Of a stretch of DNA of 64,000 nucleotides, positions 32,807 to 46,606 are shown piece by piece. Position 1 is the first letter of the stretch, and every line of letters starts with the position of its first letter. Position numbers and translations under genes: made by a program. The notes under the pieces were generated by a model. It had not been told where the DNA came from. It did no database searches and was given only the letters and a program-made list of their open reading frames with translations. The DNA is from Schmidtea polychroa (Eukaryota). The stretch is from positions 4,962,001 through 5,026,000 of the forward strand of contig CM097885.1 of assembly GCA_044892525.1 (NCBI GenBank), written 5' to 3'.

Positions 32807-34985
32807 ATAAAAACAAAAAAGAAATTGTGAAAAAAAGAAAAAATCGAAATCTGAAAATGAATTTTAATGAGTTAATCAATGCGTTAATGAGCTGAGCAGT
32901 GTGTTTGATGCACTGGCACTCTCTGTCGATCGATCTCATTGATCAGCACACAGCAACAGATGTGCGATCAGAGCACACTTGATCGGTGGATCATCTATTG
33001 TGATGTGCTCAGTGTGCTTGGCAATGTGCTTGCCGGTGTGTTTGATTCAGAATCATTGACTACTTGATCAAGCCACGTGTGCCGCTGGCGGCCTCTTGTG
33101 CCTTTTAACAATAGCATTGCAGCTCTATTGTCGTCTCATTTCAATAGTCCTGATCACTGCATTCTGGGACGGAGCTAAAAATTAATTACATTCTTTCATT
33201 ATTCAGCGTGTATAGCCATGACGTAATGATGTCATAACAAAATATTTTGAGAAACTCAAGATATATTAATAATTGTTTTAATATAATATGAGGATGAGAC
33301 CAAAGTCAACCCACCATAACGTTGGCATAGATTAAGGATTTAGGTCGTTATGGACTCTCTTCATTACCCCTTCATATGGGGGTTCACATTGACCAGGAGT
33401 ACCTTAACTGGATTCATGATTGAAGACAATAGAGTTGACTGATGCACGACAGCGGCAGCACGTAGGCGAATTTTTAATGTTATAAATCAGAGGGGAAATG
33501 AGAAAAAAAGTCTTTCTATATCTAAAAGGTTTCCTTATCTAAAAACATGGCGCGTTATTAACTATTTTGATTTAATCCTCGTCTGAAAATTATACATTTT
33601 TTGTAACTCATTTGTACATTCAGTTTTGTTGAACTTTTTTTGTCAAATTTAGTTCATCTTTATTTGGTTTCAGTATATTTTAGTGGCTAGTGGAATCTAA
33701 GGTGCCCCCTTCCCACCCTCCTAAATGTGTGCCATAAGGTGAAAAGAGTTTTGTTGAAAACAGACGAAAGACTATGAAATGTATAAAAAATGTGCATAAA
33801 TTGAAATTTGTTAATTAATTAATTAAAAAAATTGAATATTTAAATAAGTTGGAAAGCAAACCAACTGATTGTTCCAGAAATTTTGAAATTTTTTGTAATA
33901 TTTAAGAGGAATTTTATTAGAGCAGTCCTTTATTTCACTGCTCTGTGTGTTTGTGTGTGTGTGTGTGAATTTCATAAAGTACTTTTTTATTTTCTTCGAC
34001 ATGTCCTTTATTTACACCCAAAAAAATATCGTTATTTTTATTTCAATTTATCAGTATATGTTTGAGGCAAGCCCCAGAGAGCAAGCCTTTTGGGGCGGCA
34101 ATTTTAATTGGCGATGTATATGTTTTTATGTTATTAGTTATTTAGTTATTAGTTTTATAAAAATTCATTTTTCATTTTATTAGTTTTCACGTATTTTTAA
34201 ATTAAATATATATAGATAATAAATTGATCTTTTTAGTTCTGACACTTTTTTATAACTTTACCGGACACTCCGCTCCCGTTGGCTATTCTGTTAATTTTCT
34301 TACAACGAGGGGTGCATTATTTTTAGTAGCCTACTGGCGCCGAATTTCTTAAGACAGCCTTGGTATTGTTGTCATTTATTTGAACGCGGGGAGTTTAAAT
34401 ATACATGAAAATATTGTATAATAGCGATTCTGCTTATCAATTTGAGGATTTGATCCGTAAGATGTCATCCACCTCATGATACATCAAGAATCTGAGACTT
34501 AAAGGTCTTCGGAAGATTTAAATTCCATTTTTTCGTTTTGTTTGACCCCTATTTGACCCTCGTGGTATTGATAATAGTCACCTTATATTAACATAAATAT
34601 TGCATTTGAAATATTGCATTTATCAAATAACTTCCTATTGTAAAAGAAATAATTGATGAAATTGAACATGTTATTCATTATTCGATAGAGAAAAGTCGAT
34701 TTTTAGGTAACATTGAAATAAAATGTCATTTTATCGATTAAAAATAAAAGTTGTAGTAAATTTTTCATTTAGCGAATAGACGCACCGATATGGTGAATTC
34801 TAATTTTAATAATAATTTAATAAATTTATACATGATTTTATACAAATAGGTAATAAAATATTTCATATTTTAATCTCGATTGATTTGGCTGATTAAATTT
34901 CCCGGCAATTATTTCTTGAAATCAAGCACAAATTTAAAACTGCAAAAAAACGTGAAAATATTTGAAAAAGTTCACCAGTCTTACC

Positions 34986-35100
34986 TTAAGTTATTTACTG
35001 TGTCCATTTGCTTGGCTTGGTGACCTTTCTGCATTGACGATTTGTTTGTCGGCACTCATTCAATTGTTGAGTGTGAGTGTTGATCAATAAATATTCGCAG
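34986..35100 (-). other. Probable non-coding 5' exon of the headless myosin-like gene
   Basis: Strong minus-strand donor TAAG|GTAAG at ~34985. A candidate acceptor TTTTCAG at ~32851 lies just upstream of the ATG at 32806. Confidence 0.35.
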
Positions 35101-35920
35101 TTCGTCAAAAGGTCACCAGCTGCACTTTTGATTTTTTGATTTTTTTGATTTTTTCGATGAAATTTTTGATAAAATAATTTTTGATTTTCAGATTGAAAAA
35201 TGGAGAATGAAATTGAAGATTGATCAAAACCTAAACGAAAAGAAAGCAAGTGTATTTGAGACCCATGATTGGGGGGGTCTATAAAACATACGCTGCTCCT
35301 TGGAATTGTTTCGTATATGTGATTTGTGTGAAAGGTTTTTTCATTATCAAGTTGTGCTTGAGTTTGTAAATAATTAGCATAAGTATTCTTTTGGACAACG
35401 GACAGCTTCACACATATTTAACAGGGAAACTCAAAATTTGTATAAATTGTCATTTGGAGAAAACAAATTATGTAAAATAAAATAAAAAAAGATACTTGTT
35501 AAGTTTCTATTGAATCTGCCAACTCGAAATTACTTTACACGAAAGAGGGCTTCAGAAAAGTCTAGCTTTGAGAGAGGTGCGTAGTTTTACCAAGAACTGA
35601 GAAAACGTGGCTGGCTTAAAGTCAATCATTTAGATATGTCTATGAAACATAACCTTTTTAGTTGAGAAGGGAACCTGAACAAAGGGGATATATAAAGGAA
35701 GGGGAATTTTATTTGTCCATGTTTGAAATCTGACGCGGGCCTGCAATAATTAAGTAATTACATTTGTAATTAGAAATTAAAAAAATTGTTCTATAAAGTT
35801 ATTTTAATATTTTTTATAAAATTTTAAATTGTTTCCTAAAAAAAATTATTTTTAAAATGTGCTGCTGTCATAACCCTTTCCACTGATATTGATAAAAAAT
35901 ATTTTTGGCTTAAAACTCAT

Positions 35921-36531
35921 CAGGGACGTAGCTAGTGGGACCATAGGGGCATTTGCCCCCCCCCCAATAAATTATAGATTATCAAATATAAATTAGGGAT
36001 GAAATATATTAATAAAACCTTTATTTTGATTTTGTTATGAGTATTGTATGAGAATAAAAAAAATTGTTATTTTTAGTTAAGTATTTTCAAATCTAAGACA
36101 ATGCAACTATGCTCGCGCTAGCCATTCCCCCAGTTTGTCGGTCTTTTCTTTGCACAACATTTGCTACTTTGCCTATATCAGCTTGTACAACAGAGCGTTC
36201 TTTTTCATCACTTAAATACACGAAGTCATATTTAAGAAATATCATGGATGAAAAAAGGTTAAACGGTTTGGCTTTGTTATATATTCATCAAGATATTAAA
36301 ATAAGTCTGGATGAATTACTTTTTTCATTAATGAAGGGACAAAGATGAATTAATATTATGTTGTAATATTTTTTATGTAATATACATTGTTAATAATTAA
36401 TAATAAATTTGTTAATTATCCTAAAATATTTTTTTCTATTTTTCCATGTCAACTTTTAACATTGCTCGATGAATTGCAATAATTAATAATTTTGCCCCCC
36501 CCCCAAGCTGAAATCCTGGCTACAATGTTTG
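35921..36531 (+). mobile_element. Non-autonomous hAT element with a transposase C-terminal fragment
   Basis: Starts cagggacgtagc, has subterminal tgcccccccc motifs, and ends near cctggctac. ORF 36109-36348 contains LPISACTTERSFSSLKYTKSYLRNIM...RLNGLALL. Confidence 0.8.
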
Positions 36532-38762
36532 CCACATTTTTAAAAACTGTTTCTACTACTCCCCATGACAAGAAAACCATCTATCATTACCGATTCTTAC
36601 ATAGTTTCTTGAAATTCCATAAAATTTTCTAAATTAAATATGAATGGAAGAAACAAACATGGGGAAATCAATGTGAGTGGAAAGGGTTAACAAACTGTGA
36701 TAAGTCATAATGAACAACTCTTATTTACAAATTTTGAAAGTTGACATTTTAGTAAAAATCTACCCATCTTCAATAGCTCTTATTATTCTAACTTTGTCAA
36801 TCCTTGAAATTCTAATGAAAATTTGTACACTTAAAATCATCAAAAATTTAACATTTTTTAGCAAAAAGAAAAGCATACTTTGGATATGAGTCTCTGAAAT
36901 ATTTCCAAGTTCCTTGTAAAAACTATTTGATCAAAAATGTCTGAAGTTTCTACAGGGGTGAATTTGATGGATTGTTTGTATGTGTGTTTTTATTAAGGTT
37001 GTGAACGCAGTGTCATTAATATAATATAAAAAATAGTCAATAAATTCTATTATAAAATACATACAAAGTCATCTGTGTGCTGAAAATTCATTAATAGTAA
37101 ATTTAATTTTAGAATCCAAGAAAGAGTAGAAAAAATTAATGAAACATACAAACATTTCTATGATAAAACAAACAAGCGATAAAATACGCCACTTAAAAAA
37201 AATCCATTTTTTTAAATGAATTTTGGAAATATTTCAGATGCTAGTACTCAAGGTATATTTTCATTTTTGGGAAAGGAAGAAAGAAATATGTGAGTTTTAG
37301 TTGTTTATTAATAATAATTGTTGTTGTTAAACAATTGTTAAAAAATTATTTTCACCATATTAAAAAAAAATTTTAAAAATCTTTAAAAAAATGGAAATTT
37401 GGCTCAATATATTTTTAAATTTTCATAATATTTAATTATTTATCTTTAATTACTCTTGATGGCATGAAAAATATTCAAAAAGTGTTGTGTAAATATAATT
37501 AATATAATGTTTACACAATGAAGTATCTCCTAAAGTTTTCTGAGGTTTAACGAAGAACAAATATCAATTGTTAAAACCAGTGCTTTTTTTCTGACGGAAC
37601 GATGTTCCGGCACCTTTTCTCGCTGAATGATTTTAAAAAATTGACATATGTTTTGGTTTTTTGTCATATTTCTATTTCTGACATTTCAAATAGTCAATTA
37701 CAATCAAATTAAAAATAGAAGTCGTACGCCAAAGCGAGTGAATCATGACTCCGTGCTTCCTACGTGTTATTACTATTATATAAAACACGTTCACGGTAAA
37801 TATACGCCATTAATATTTAAGACATTTAAGAAAGAAGCGGAGTAGTTTTTAAGTTTTTGTAATCTTCTTTCTCCAGCTCATTGATATGGCGAATTTTGTC
37901 ATTTTATGTAATTCTATGAAATTATTATTTTTTTATACAAGTTATTAAAATTTACGATTTTCGAAGTTTTTCTGCAAATGTCGATGGACCTTGTTGACAA
38001 TATCTGATATACTGTAAAATATTTTAATTATTTCGAATTAAATGAAAAAATTCTTACATTGTCAATTCTTCACCTTGGCAAAAAGGTAGCGTTTCCAGAG
38101 AAATATCTAAAAATCTAAAGAAATATTAACTTCAAAAATATTTTATAAATAGATCTTACGATGTTTTGTCGTCCTTTTCTCGAAATTTCAAAGTAGAGTT
38201 GTCCGATTCAAAATCTAAAATTTTTTCCTCCATGAATTTTTAATATATTAACAATAATGATATGTTAACAATATGTTAATTTCTTTTAACTTTCGGAATA
38301 AAAAAAGCTATAATTAATTTGCATGTATTTTATAGTATGTGTGCTGTGTTTGTATGTAAAATTATTTTTCTGTGACTTTCTCAATTCCTATAATAAAACT
38401 TTTAACTTTCGTAACATTAAATGTTTGCGCACAGTGTTACAATAGTATAATTTTATCGGATTTTTTGATTATAGAAACTTTTATATTTCGGATTTAGGTG
38501 GAAATGATAACAGATTAGAGTGAATTGTTAGCATCAAAAGGAAAAGAGCAAAATGATGTTAGAATATCATTTTATCATAGACCTTCACAAAATATCATTT
38601 CATTTTTTCAAATGTAAAGTGAACTCTTTTATTGCTGTGACATTGGCGGTTTATTTCAATTATGCTGAATGGCGTCTTTACATTGATGTCCCGAGATATA
38701 GTGTCAATCTGTACTGTAACATATTAGTAATCAGCTACCATTGCTTACTCAGTGATCATATA

Positions 38763-39194
38763 CAGGCCTGGATTTACCTTTAGGTTGACAAAGCCTAAGC
38801 CTAGGGCTCGACTGGTGGGGCCCCAAATTTTGTATTATTATTACAAAAAATTTATTACATCTTTTAATTATTTGCCGATTATTACATTTATGTGATATAA
38901 GTAAAGAAGTATTTATTACATATTATATTTAATATAATACGTTCCTAAAGTTGCTGTTGAAGATTTTGCAGTGAAAAAATCTAGAAGAAAAGGTTTCTAA
39001 ATTAATGTTTTTTTATTTACGATTTGCAATTCATGTTTATTTTTTTTATACATGAATAAATGTAATATTATTTTCGAAATTATTTTACCTATATAACAGC
39101 AGGAAACAAATTAACCTTTTTGTAAAAAAAAAGTTATTAGAGGGTTCCATAATATTTTTAGCCTTGAGCCCCATCAAGAGTAAATCCGGCTCTG
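38763..39194. mobile_element. hAT-type MITE
   Basis: TIR caggcctggatttac / gtaaatccggctctg. TSD atcatata/atcataca. Confidence 0.82.
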
Positions 39195-40873
39195 ATCATA
39201 CAGAAAATTAACAAAAATATAAAAGATATTGTGAATACGATATAGTATAATAAGAATCAATGTATAATGTATAAATTTCTGAAGGCCCTTGAACTCCTAA
39301 TTAAACCACAAGCAGAATACATCAAATTCCATTGTTTTCTATGCCTTCAAGATTTACAAGCAAGACATAGCCACTACAAAGATAAGGTATAACCTAAGCT
39401 TGATTACTTAACTATAGGACTAAAAAATGTTTCTAAGCCTTCATTTGTTTCACCGAACATATAAAATTAGGTTTGTGAAAGCACTTAACAAAGATTGGGA
39501 TGTCATGAACTTTGATGCTTTAAATTCAATCAAAGTTATTAATATAATTTCACTATCATTATTCTCTTATACTTGACTAATAAACGCTTAATACTTACTA
39601 CAATAAACAATATTGATGCCATAAATTCAAGACTATTATCAAAAACAAAAACTTCAAAGCCACCAACATCCAATACAACGACAAAAACAAAGCTTTTTAA
39701 ACACGCGTTATGGGCAAAACAAAAACTATTGTAGGTTATGTTAGACATGAATTAGCTAACTGTGTGTAAAAGCCTCAGTGAAACGCCTGGGAGCCGATTT
39801 GAGGCCCAAAAATCGATGTTTTTGACAGTTGTCAATAGCATCGACCCACGAGTGAAGCCATTGTGCTTAGAGGGTCCCTGTGACCCACAGTGTGAAGAAC
39901 CAGTACTGTGTTGTGACAGGAAAGCCGAACGAGCGCAGTGTTGTGCAAAGAAACGAATGAACCTAATGTTATATTCTGGAGTAGTTATAACATGTTTTTG
40001 TGTTTATAACTAACAGAACAGAGATATTTTTTATTTTAATAATATAATACGTTTTTGTCGTTGGACGCTAGGCCGGCTGGGCTGAAACAATGCATAAGAA
40101 TAAGTTCATGGAGTGACATAGAATTATAGACAGTGATATTTTGCATTTTGATGTCACACCTTGTTATGGTGTCACCCGGTGCAGTCCGAACCCTATAGTG
40201 ACGTCATTGACTAAAAGTAGATATACATTTCAAATTGAAAAGGTTCAGTGAAATATAAACTAATTAGTTAATTTATTTTAATTTTGTTCATAGCTAATCT
40301 GAATAAGAGTTTGTTGAATTTTAGAAGTCTGTCTGTAGGATTTAAAAGGTTTTCGCAAGATGACTTGTAGAATTTAAAAATTGTTATTATATATATATAT
40401 ATATATTCATAAAACTTAAATCTCAAAATACTTTAATGTTTGTTTGGTCTCATTTATTTAACATATGAACGCGAGGAATTACAGCGTAATCTTACAAAAA
40501 TTTAAATAACCCCAAAAATTTGAAATGTTCCAAAATTAATTTTTAAATTATTAATAAACATTTTCCAATATTACAATTTAATAAAAAATGAAAAAACTTC
40601 AGTTTAAGCTCAATTATAATTTAAAACATTTGTTTTACTGAATAAATAAAACACTATTTAAATTAATTTACTTGAAATTAATATTAATAAATCAAAAATA
40701 TAAATTTCTCAGAGTTGTGATATCGATTTCATTTTAATATTAACTAGAAAAATAAAACTTGTCAAATAAAATTCCCAATTTTTTAACTATTTATTTAATG
40801 AAAACAAAGCAAAACTGAAAAATTAATTTAAAAAATATTTTATCACAATACAAATTAAAAATTCATATTATTA

Positions 40874-41473
40874 TTATTTCTGATTGGCATTCTTCCTCCA
40901 CAAGCGGGTAATAACATTGTCGATTAATAAATCACTGCCGACACGTTTGATATTATCATTGCCTCCAAATTTGCATCTGATGTAACCGTAGAGGTTTGTA
41001 GCATTCATTGCACTAGCAACTACAACAACCATTACCCAGTGAAATTTCAATGTGAAAACGCTTCCTATCAGCATTAAAGCCCAAATAATCTGAAACCCAA
41101 CTAGAGAAATCCAAAATACTCTAGATTCAAATCCACTTCGAGTATTAGATAGGTTATTTTTGGATTCTGTTTGTCGAGATTCAAAAACCCATTTATTCTT
41201 TCCATTGTCATCAACATAATTCCACCATCTCAAACTAACTAATTGACGACCGGAGATATTTTTAACGACCCAAAAATCAAAGGAGCATAAAATTATAACG
41301 CAGATAAAGCTCGCTACGAAGCCTGCTCCAAACCAGCCGCAGAACAAATAAGTCAAAATAGCAGCAGAACGAAATAATAAATGAAAAATAACAGCTGGTC
41401 TATGATAACAACTTGAATTACGATTAGGATCTGATTCTGTAAGTGTTAGAACTACTTCGTCTCTTGTATCCAT
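40874..41473 (-). CDS. TVP23: Golgi apparatus membrane protein TVP23 (FAM18) homolog
   Basis: FHLLFRSAA...DFWVVKNISGRQLVSLRWWNYVDDNGKNKWVFES...ESRVFW...NLYGYIRCK. CDS is in one exon, with a short intron just upstream (~41476-41516). Confidence 0.93.
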   Translation of the reverse strand: MDTRDEVVLTLTESDPNRNSSCYHRPAVIFHLLFRSAAILTYLFCGWFGAGFVASFICVIILCSFDFWVVKNISGRQLVSLRWWNYVDDNGKNKWVFESRQTESKNNLSNTRSGFESRVFWISLVGFQIIWALMLIGSVFTLKFHWVMVVVVASAMNATNLYGYIRCKFGGNDNIKRVGSDLLIDNVITRLWRKNANQK

Positions 41474-41893
41474 TACTAAGAAATATTAAATAAGCAGATT
41501 TCATTTTAAAACTTACCACTCTATAAATTTTATTGTTATTGTAAAGTTATTGTAAAGGACCTTGATATTAAATTCTATACGTTTTTAAAAATATGACAAA
41601 TAACAAAGTTTAAATTTAGTATTTGAAAATAATTACATTCTATTTAATAAAACACTAATTTTTAATATTTTAATTAGGAATATTTTTTATGAAGTGTAAA
41701 ATATTAACGATTCATTAAGGAATTAAAAATTTTTGTATTAAATATGGTAATTTAGTTTTTTTCTTTATACTCGTTTATAATTTTAAGAAATTTTAATTGA
41801 AAAATTAAATTTTACTTTATATATAAAAATAGAACAAATATGAAATAAAATGAACGAAATGTACTTACAATGTACTTTAAATATACTTACAAT

Positions 41894-41989
41894 CAGAGCC
41901 GGATTCACTCTTGAGGGGTACCTAATCTTAAAATTTGGGGCCCCGCCAGTCGGGCCCTAGGCTTCAGCCCAAGGGTAAATCTAGGCCTG
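41894..41989. mobile_element. 96-bp deletion derivative of the 38763-39194 MITE family, inverted
   Basis: Ends cagagccggatt / gtaaatctaggcctg. TSD cttacaat/gttacaat. Shares the ggggcccc core. Confidence 0.78.
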
Positions 41990-44347
41990 GTTACAATCAT
42001 GAATTATCTTAATCAATTATTAATTAAGAACTCTACAGTTATACGAAGTGATAGTTTATTTACCGGTGACTCGGCAGGGTGCTTCAAATTTCTTAACACT
42101 TACACGTACTTACCAACATAAATAAGACATAATACATAAATTAATATAATTAAGCATACTTATTCAATACTTACTTACTCATATCCGTAGTACGCACGAA
42201 CATATCATCCAACCCCACAACATTATGTTGTATTTAACAAAAATTTTATGTTATATTTTAAAAATAATTCATTCAAAATTAAAATAAAGTTTTAAATAAT
42301 TTTTCGAAATGTTTTAAAAGGTAAATTAGAGATACAGTTATAAATTATTTCTTAAAAATTTAAAAATAACTTTTATTTTTTGATGGAACTTCGACACAGT
42401 CACACCATAATATTAATTTTTATGTTTATTATTGATTTTGAATATGATCAAATCTTTGTTGATTTGTGTTGGGTACTTGATTATCGCTTTCTAATGATTT
42501 CGAAATGATGTGCTGGACAGATTTTAACCGTTGTTTTACCTTAAATTTTTGCCTCGTCTTTTAATTATAAATTAATAGAAGTGAAGTATGTTTTGATTGT
42601 ACCAATAATTTGAATAAAGTGACCACAGAGGTCACAACTAGGGTTAATTATATAATATAATTATATTAATTATTTGAGGAATATTTCAAAAATTATTTCG
42701 AAAATTTGTCATTTGAATTTTCATTTTTTAATTAAGAGTTTTGGGAATATTTTAATACGAGGACTCGAAATCAAAAACATCGGTCAGTTTCCATCTAAAT
42801 GAATCAGAATCTTAAAAACATTCACGTAGTAGATTCCTGGCCAGGGATATAAAGCCTTAAATGTATAAATTATCCTCTGATTTAGAAATTAAATTATAGA
42901 AATCGTATTAAGAGGTAAAGTATTAATGTGTACATTTGGATTAAATTTTAAATTTTTTAGTTTTAATTACAATTTTATTAATATTTAAAAATTTAAAAAA
43001 CAATATAAAAACGAAAAATTATAGATCAATTATAAAATTATAATTACTATATCTTTATGTAATTTCTGAATAAATGTATAAAATTGCATATAAATAATTT
43101 TAGAATTTTTATTACTATACAATTTATTTACATTCAAATTAAAAAATTTAAAAATAGATATAAAAAATTTCTTATATATTTTAAAAATAATTTTAACAAA
43201 ATAATAATGCCACATATAAAAATTAGATTTTCCCAAATCTTGAATTACGGTAATCAATTATTCACTCGTGATTGGATTATTTAGCGTCCAATAATTTCAT
43301 TGGTTCAATAAAAAGGCCGAATAAAAATTTAATAATTGGCTAATTATTAAAATGTGTTATAAGAAAAGTTCACAAATAAGCGATTTCAGAAGTGATTTTT
43401 CTTCATTTTTCACTTTATTCATGTTTTATTATTTTTTTTTGATAGACTTTATATTTAACAATAATTATTTTTTAAAAGAATTTTATATAAATAATTTTAT
43501 AAATTTTAAATCATTTTTTTAAATGTTTAAAAAAGTAAAGTAGAGTTATAAATTATTATTTAAAAATTTAAAAATAACTTTAATTTAAAAAATAAATATT
43601 TAAAATATTTAATGAATCAATAATACAAAATATTTTAATTAAGAATATAAGTCATTTAAAATATTTATATAACAAATAAATAAATAAAAAATAAATGTAA
43701 ATATTAAAATAAATTTAAAACAATTAAGTTCCAAACAATGATGATGCTTAGAGTGAAAGAGTTAATGAGAAATGCACAGTTGGTAATGCTAAAGGGTCAT
43801 ATAATAAGACATGATATTAAGGATTACAAGACCTAGAATTATAGGAACTACGTCAAAATTAATATTGAAAATATAAACAATTGTTAATTGAAAAATTAAT
43901 TTTTATTTTTATTGATAAAAAGAAATTAATGATGTTGAAAAATATTTAAAAAAATTTATTTAAAGTATTAAAAAATAAATTTTTTAATAATATTTTAAAT
44001 TGACTTTTTTTCCAATTTCACCACTGACTTCTTTTCCATTGTATTTATTAAAAAGAGCTTGAAGACTACGAATCAGTAAATATATCGATATTTTGATTTA
44101 TAGTCTGCAAGGCCTTTTTAATAAATTTTAAATTGAATTTGTGAAATCTTATTATGATCGAATATTATTATTAAAAATAAAAATTATATAACAAACTAAA
44201 ATTTAACTTTAAAATTTAAAATTTTTCAAAATTTCATTCAGAAAAACAAAATCAAGATTAAAATTTTAAATAAATTAATATTAAAAAATATTTGTTTGAA
44301 TATATTTAATTGTTATTTCATATTTAACATTTGACATCCTCTCAACA

Positions 44348-45967
44348 ATGCCTCCGAAATTTCTTACAAAATCCGAAAGGAAAACATTGGAAGAAGAACA
44401 AGATCAACAATTGATCAGTTGCATCAAATTGTCCCATAATTTTGTCAACAGAACCGAAGATCAAAGCGCACCAATGAAATCATTTGCACTTGAAAATTTG
44501 AACATGACGATCCTTGAAAAGGTTTTGCTCAAAGATTCAACTATCACAATTGAACATGGGAAAAGATATGGTCTTATTGGTAGCAATGGATCCGGTAAAT
44601 CTATCCTATTCAAAGCCATTCAAATGGGCTTATTCGACTTTCCAAAGGATTACACAATCGGAATTGTCGAAGAAGAATGTCTTGCTGATGGAACTAAAGT
44701 TGTCGAATGCTTTGTTGGTAAAGATGAAGTTGAAGATTTCATGGTGAGATTTGCTGACGTGAAAAGCAGAGCTGTCAACAAGAAGAACAAAGATGTTGAA
44801 GTACCAAAACTCGTGAAAATATTAGATGGAATGGGATTTACTGCTGAAAAGATGAATGACCACGTTGGTAATTTATCTGGTGGTTGGAGAATGAAGATTA
44901 GTTTGGCAACTGTTCTGATGGCTGAACCAGATCTTTTACTTTTAGATGAACCAACTAACATGTTGGACGATAGAACTATCAAATGGTTGTCGGGATTTTT
45001 GAAAGAATGGAAGACGAATTTATTTTTCATTTCTCATGACGGAGGCTTTTTATCTAACGTTGCAACGGATTTGTTATCGATTGAAAATAAAACTGTCGTA
45101 CATTATGCTTGCAAATACTACGAATGGTTGAGGAATCAAGAACTCGACAGAGATAAAGTTAGAAATCAAATCCAAGAACAAAAGGCACAGAAAGCTGAAT
45201 TGATGGAATACATAAAAAAGTTTGAAAAGACAAAAAAGAAAGAAGTCGCTGCTAAAAGACAACAAATAAAAAAGATGCCCGTCATTGATGAAAGCATTCT
45301 AGAACCGAGAGAAATCTGGAGATTTCCCGCTTGCTTGAAAATCAAGTGCGCTACAATTGAAACGAATGAAATGGGATTCAGTTTTGGTCCCGCTAAAGAA
45401 ATATTTAGAAACATCACATTACGCGTTCAACCCGATTCTAAAATCTGCATCCTCGGAGACAACGGTTGCGGTAAAACAACTCTATTGAAGATCTTCATGA
45501 AAATCCTCAAACCCACCAATGGAAACATGTTCTTAAATGATCGAACAAATGTCGGCTACTTCAGCCAGCATTACGTCGACCATTTGGAACTGGACAAATC
45601 AGCAATTGAAATTATGCAGATCCGAGTTCCCAACTGCAAACTCGAAACTTATCAAAGTCATTTGTTGAAATTTGGAATCACAAGTGAAGATTGGAACATT
45701 CCGGTCAGATGTTTATCATCGGGACAAAAGTCAAGAGTAGCTTTCTCCACTATTTACATGCAGAAGCCTAACTTTTTGATTTTCGATGAACCGACAAGTC
45801 ATTTGGATAAAGATGGAACTGAAGCCTTAGAAGATGCTTTGAGGAAATTCAAAGGAGGAGTTATTGTTGTTACTCACGATGGAAGGATGATGTCAAATGT
45901 TTGCAAGGATTTGTGGTACATCCAGAACAGAACTGTCAGCGTTGTTGAGGACGGCTGTATGATATAA
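44348..45967 (+). CDS. ABC-F family ATPase, divergent ABCF3/GCN20-like, single exon, 539 aa
   Basis: Two ABC cassettes and no transmembrane segments. ABC1: GSNGSGKS, LSGGWRMK, LLLDEPTNMLD, ISHD. ABC2: GDNGCGKTT, FSQH, LSSGQKSRVAF, DEPTSHLD, VTHD. Confidence 0.9.
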   Translation: MPPKFLTKSERKTLEEEQDQQLISCIKLSHNFVNRTEDQSAPMKSFALENLNMTILEKVLLKDSTITIEHGKRYGLIGSNGSGKSILFKAIQMGLFDFPKDYTIGIVEEECLADGTKVVECFVGKDEVEDFMVRFADVKSRAVNKKNKDVEVPKLVKILDGMGFTAEKMNDHVGNLSGGWRMKISLATVLMAEPDLLLLDEPTNMLDDRTIKWLSGFLKEWKTNLFFISHDGGFLSNVATDLLSIENKTVVHYACKYYEWLRNQELDRDKVRNQIQEQKAQKAELMEYIKKFEKTKKKEVAAKRQQIKKMPVIDESILEPREIWRFPACLKIKCATIETNEMGFSFGPAKEIFRNITLRVQPDSKICILGDNGCGKTTLLKIFMKILKPTNGNMFLNDRTNVGYFSQHYVDHLELDKSAIEIMQIRVPNCKLETYQSHLLKFGITSEDWNIPVRCLSSGQKSRVAFSTIYMQKPNFLIFDEPTSHLDKDGTEALEDALRKFKGGVIVVTHDGRMMSNVCKDLWYIQNRTVSVVEDGCMI

Positions 45968-46606
45968 ATAAATATTTAAAATTAAAAAATTTATGAAAAA
46001 TTCCATGAAATAATTTTGCGTTACAACATTTATACTGCAAAACCCCCACTCCGTTTTACATTATTTACTCATTTCATCTTATTATTTTATTTTCGTTCTA
46101 TTTTGTGCATTTTGTTGTTAACTATTCTTTATATAGGTTTACTTTGAATTTTCTTTCAATATTTTCATCTTTACTATTATCCTAAACATGTATTACTAAC
46201 ATCTGGCTCTGTGTCATCAAAAATGCAATCTCACTGGGCCCCCATTTTTTAAAGGAGCTTCAAATATTATATACTTTAGAAAAATTTAATAGAAAAAATG
46301 ATCAAAACAAAGATGGAAATTCATAAAAGAGCTTTTTTTTTCTTTGTATTAACTTTTTATAATTAAAATCAATAAAAATGAATGCAATAAAATATCTATA
46401 TAGATCAAAATTCAAGCCTTAAAATTTTCTTAAAATTAAATATTTACCTGCAAGCCATTTCTAATTAAAAATGAAATTCATTAAATTGGTGATTTACCAA
46501 TTGTGGACCATTTTCTGTACACACTAACCATGGGCAACCGTAGAAAATTTTCTAGCGGGGGGCAAAATATTTTTAGTAATGTTTTAATGTAGTTTTAATT
46601 AACTGT

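Noticed and set aside
34995..35411. 138-aa ORF as a possible myosin motor exon
   Set aside because: Non-ATG start, low complexity, no motor motifs, and a stop before the splice donor.
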